62,539 nucleotides of DNA from Alphaproteobacteria bacterium (GTDB lineage Bacteria > Pseudomonadota > Alphaproteobacteria > Rs-D84): NCBI GenBank assembly GCA_009782315.1, contig WRJH01000001.1, forward strand, positions 1 to 62,539. Reading direction: 5' to 3'. A program made the position numbers and the translations under genes. This document shows, in pieces, positions 61,331 through 62,539 of this stretch. A model generated the notes under the pieces. It did no database searches, was not told the origin of the DNA, and was given only the letters and a program-made list of their open reading frames with translations. The first letter of the stretch is position 1, and each line of letters opens with the position of its first letter.

Positions 61331-61807
61331 TTATTTCTTTTTCGCGACTTTCTTCACGGCTTTTTTGGCCGCCGGTTTTTTAACGGCGACTTTTTTAACG
61401 GCCGGTTTTTTCGCGACGGCTTTCTTGACCGCCGGTTTTTTGACGGCGGCTTTCTTTACGGCCGGTTTTTTCGCGACGGCTTTTTTGACCGCCGGTTTTT
61501 TAACGGCGACTTTCTTCGCGGCCGGTTTTTTCACGGCTTTCTTCGCGACAGGGGCTTTGACGGCCAGTTTCGCGACTTTTTTCACGACTTTCTTTTTCGC
61601 GGCCGGCTTTTTGACGGCTACTTTTTTGACCGCCGGTTTTTTAACGGCGACTTTTTTAACGGCCGGTTTTTTCGCGACGGCTTTTTTAACAGCAGGTTTC
61701 TTCGCGGCCGGTTTTTTGGCGGCCGGTTTCTTCACAGCGGGTTTTTTCGCAGCCGGTTTTTTGGCGGCGGGTTTTTTCGCGGTGGTTTTCAAGAATGAAA
61801 ATGCCAT
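61331..61807 (-). CDS. histone H1-like Lys/Ala/Pro-rich repeat protein (158 aa)
   Basis: Almost entirely (A/V)KKPA(A/V)KK repeats after MAFSFLKTT. Has its own terminator and an AT-rich upstream region. Confidence 0.65.
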   Translation of the reverse strand: MAFSFLKTTAKKPAAKKPAAKKPAVKKPAAKKPAAKKPAVKKAVAKKPAVKKVAVKKPAVKKVAVKKPAAKKKVVKKVAKLAVKAPVAKKAVKKPAAKKVAVKKPAVKKAVAKKPAVKKAAVKKPAVKKAVAKKPAVKKVAVKKPAAKKAVKKVAKKK

Positions 61808-61932
61808 TCTTTCTCTCCTTCATTTTTGTTTTATAGAACAAATTTTTTTGTTCTTTGATACAATTGTATATGAAACAAGAAAATAATGCAAGAGAGAAAA
61901 TATTTTTTGCAAAAAATTTTCGCGCGCGAATT

Positions 61933-62514
61933 TTACGAATATAGTTTTTTGAATCCGCTTTCTATTTTTCTGATATGCTCCGCGTCGAAGTCGCGCCAGT
62001 ATTTCGGATCGCGCATCATTTCGCGCAGGTCGCGTTCCGTCAGCGCGCCCGCCGCGCCGCCGCCGCTTTGCACTTTCGGTTCCATCGACTGCATCATTCC
62101 GTGCATGCTTTTTATTCCGGCGGCCGACGACGCCAGCGATTCGAACGTGTCGGCGGGAAGAAATTTTTCGCCGAACTTTTCTATCTCTGTCATCGCGGCC
62201 GTCATCTTTTCGTCGCCGCCGAAAAAATTCCGCAGCTCTTGCAAGGAATCGGATTCATGCCGCGACTGAAAGATTTCCGAAATCGCCGGCGACAGGTATT
62301 CAGCCGCGATGTCGTAAATCTTTTCCACCTGGGTCCTGTTTAGTCCTGCGTCCAAAAATTTCTGCCGGACGGAATCGTCGACGTCGAACACGGGGTGATC
62401 CGGGTATTCCGCGATTGTTGTCGGCACGCCGACCGCGCGGTTGAATTTTTCGCGGGCCGAATCGTCCGCGTCCGCGGCCGGCACGGTTACCATCGCGCCG
62501 ATTTTCTTTTCCAA
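61933..62514 (-). CDS. phage scaffolding / capsid assembly protein
   Basis: 193 aa, acidic and helical, upstream of the capsid gene as in T7-type modules. The call is from position and composition. Confidence 0.45.
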   Translation of the reverse strand: MEKKIGAMVTVPAADADDSAREKFNRAVGVPTTIAEYPDHPVFDVDDSVRQKFLDAGLNRTQVEKIYDIAAEYLSPAISEIFQSRHESDSLQELRNFFGGDEKMTAAMTEIEKFGEKFLPADTFESLASSAAGIKSMHGMMQSMEPKVQSGGGAAGALTERDLREMMRDPKYWRDFDAEHIRKIESGFKKLYS

Positions 62515-62539
62515 TTCGGAATACGATTTAAGTATGGCG

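Larger units (their letters stand above)
54878..62539 (-). mobile_element. podovirus-like prophage/GTA-like block B (repressor-like gene, terminase N-half, tail tubular A/B-like, capsid, scaffold); runs to the window end
   Basis: T7-like order scaffold-capsid-gp11-like-gp12-like on the minus strand, then a small ORF coupled to the terminase N-half. See individual CDS. Confidence 0.6.

Noticed and set aside
61313-61886. Plus-strand ORFs (161 aa and 173 aa, Phe/Gly/Arg- or Phe/Thr/Ala-rich) overlapping the H1-like gene.
   Set aside because: They are complementary-strand readings of the AAG/GCC-rich repeat. The minus-strand frame has a sensible start, its own terminator and a known type of composition.

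Overview
This 62.5-kb window looks like a Gram-negative, probably alphaproteobacterial chromosome. The lineage call is an inference from gene content: tRNA-Trp-secE-nusG-rplKAJL-rpoBC, scattered virB-type type IV secretion genes with several VirB8 paralogs, and eukaryote-like Cys-rich surface proteins. Core genes I can support are lpxD, skp, an OmpA-family lipoprotein, dnaX, secE, nusG, rplK/A/J/L, rpoB, rpoC, pyrC, mraZ, frr, uppS, cdsA, rseP, yraN, dnaB, recG, bamA and five tRNAs (Trp, Arg, Ala, His, Asn). The accessory content has four parts. (1) A virB8-virB9-virB10 block, plus a second locus with a VirB7-like lipoprotein and two more VirB8 paralogs. (2) Two very large Cys-rich secreted proteins. 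(3) A T7/BPP-1-like podoviral structural module whose large-terminase gene is split into complementary N and C halves 15.8 kb apart. (4) An AT-rich AbiL-like (AAA ATPase + RloB) islet next to tRNA-Asn. The most unusual feature is the density of structured repeats, in at least five families. The most striking family is made of inverted arrays of tandem 7-nt units at gene boundaries. These arrays also lie inside coding sequence, where they encode the hydrophobic cores of several signal peptides and an in-frame 40-codon segment of dnaX. A second family is a roughly 125-nt element of G6/C6 hairpins that is read through in frame inside the terminase fragment. All functional calls rest on motif recognition by eye. 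No database search was run.
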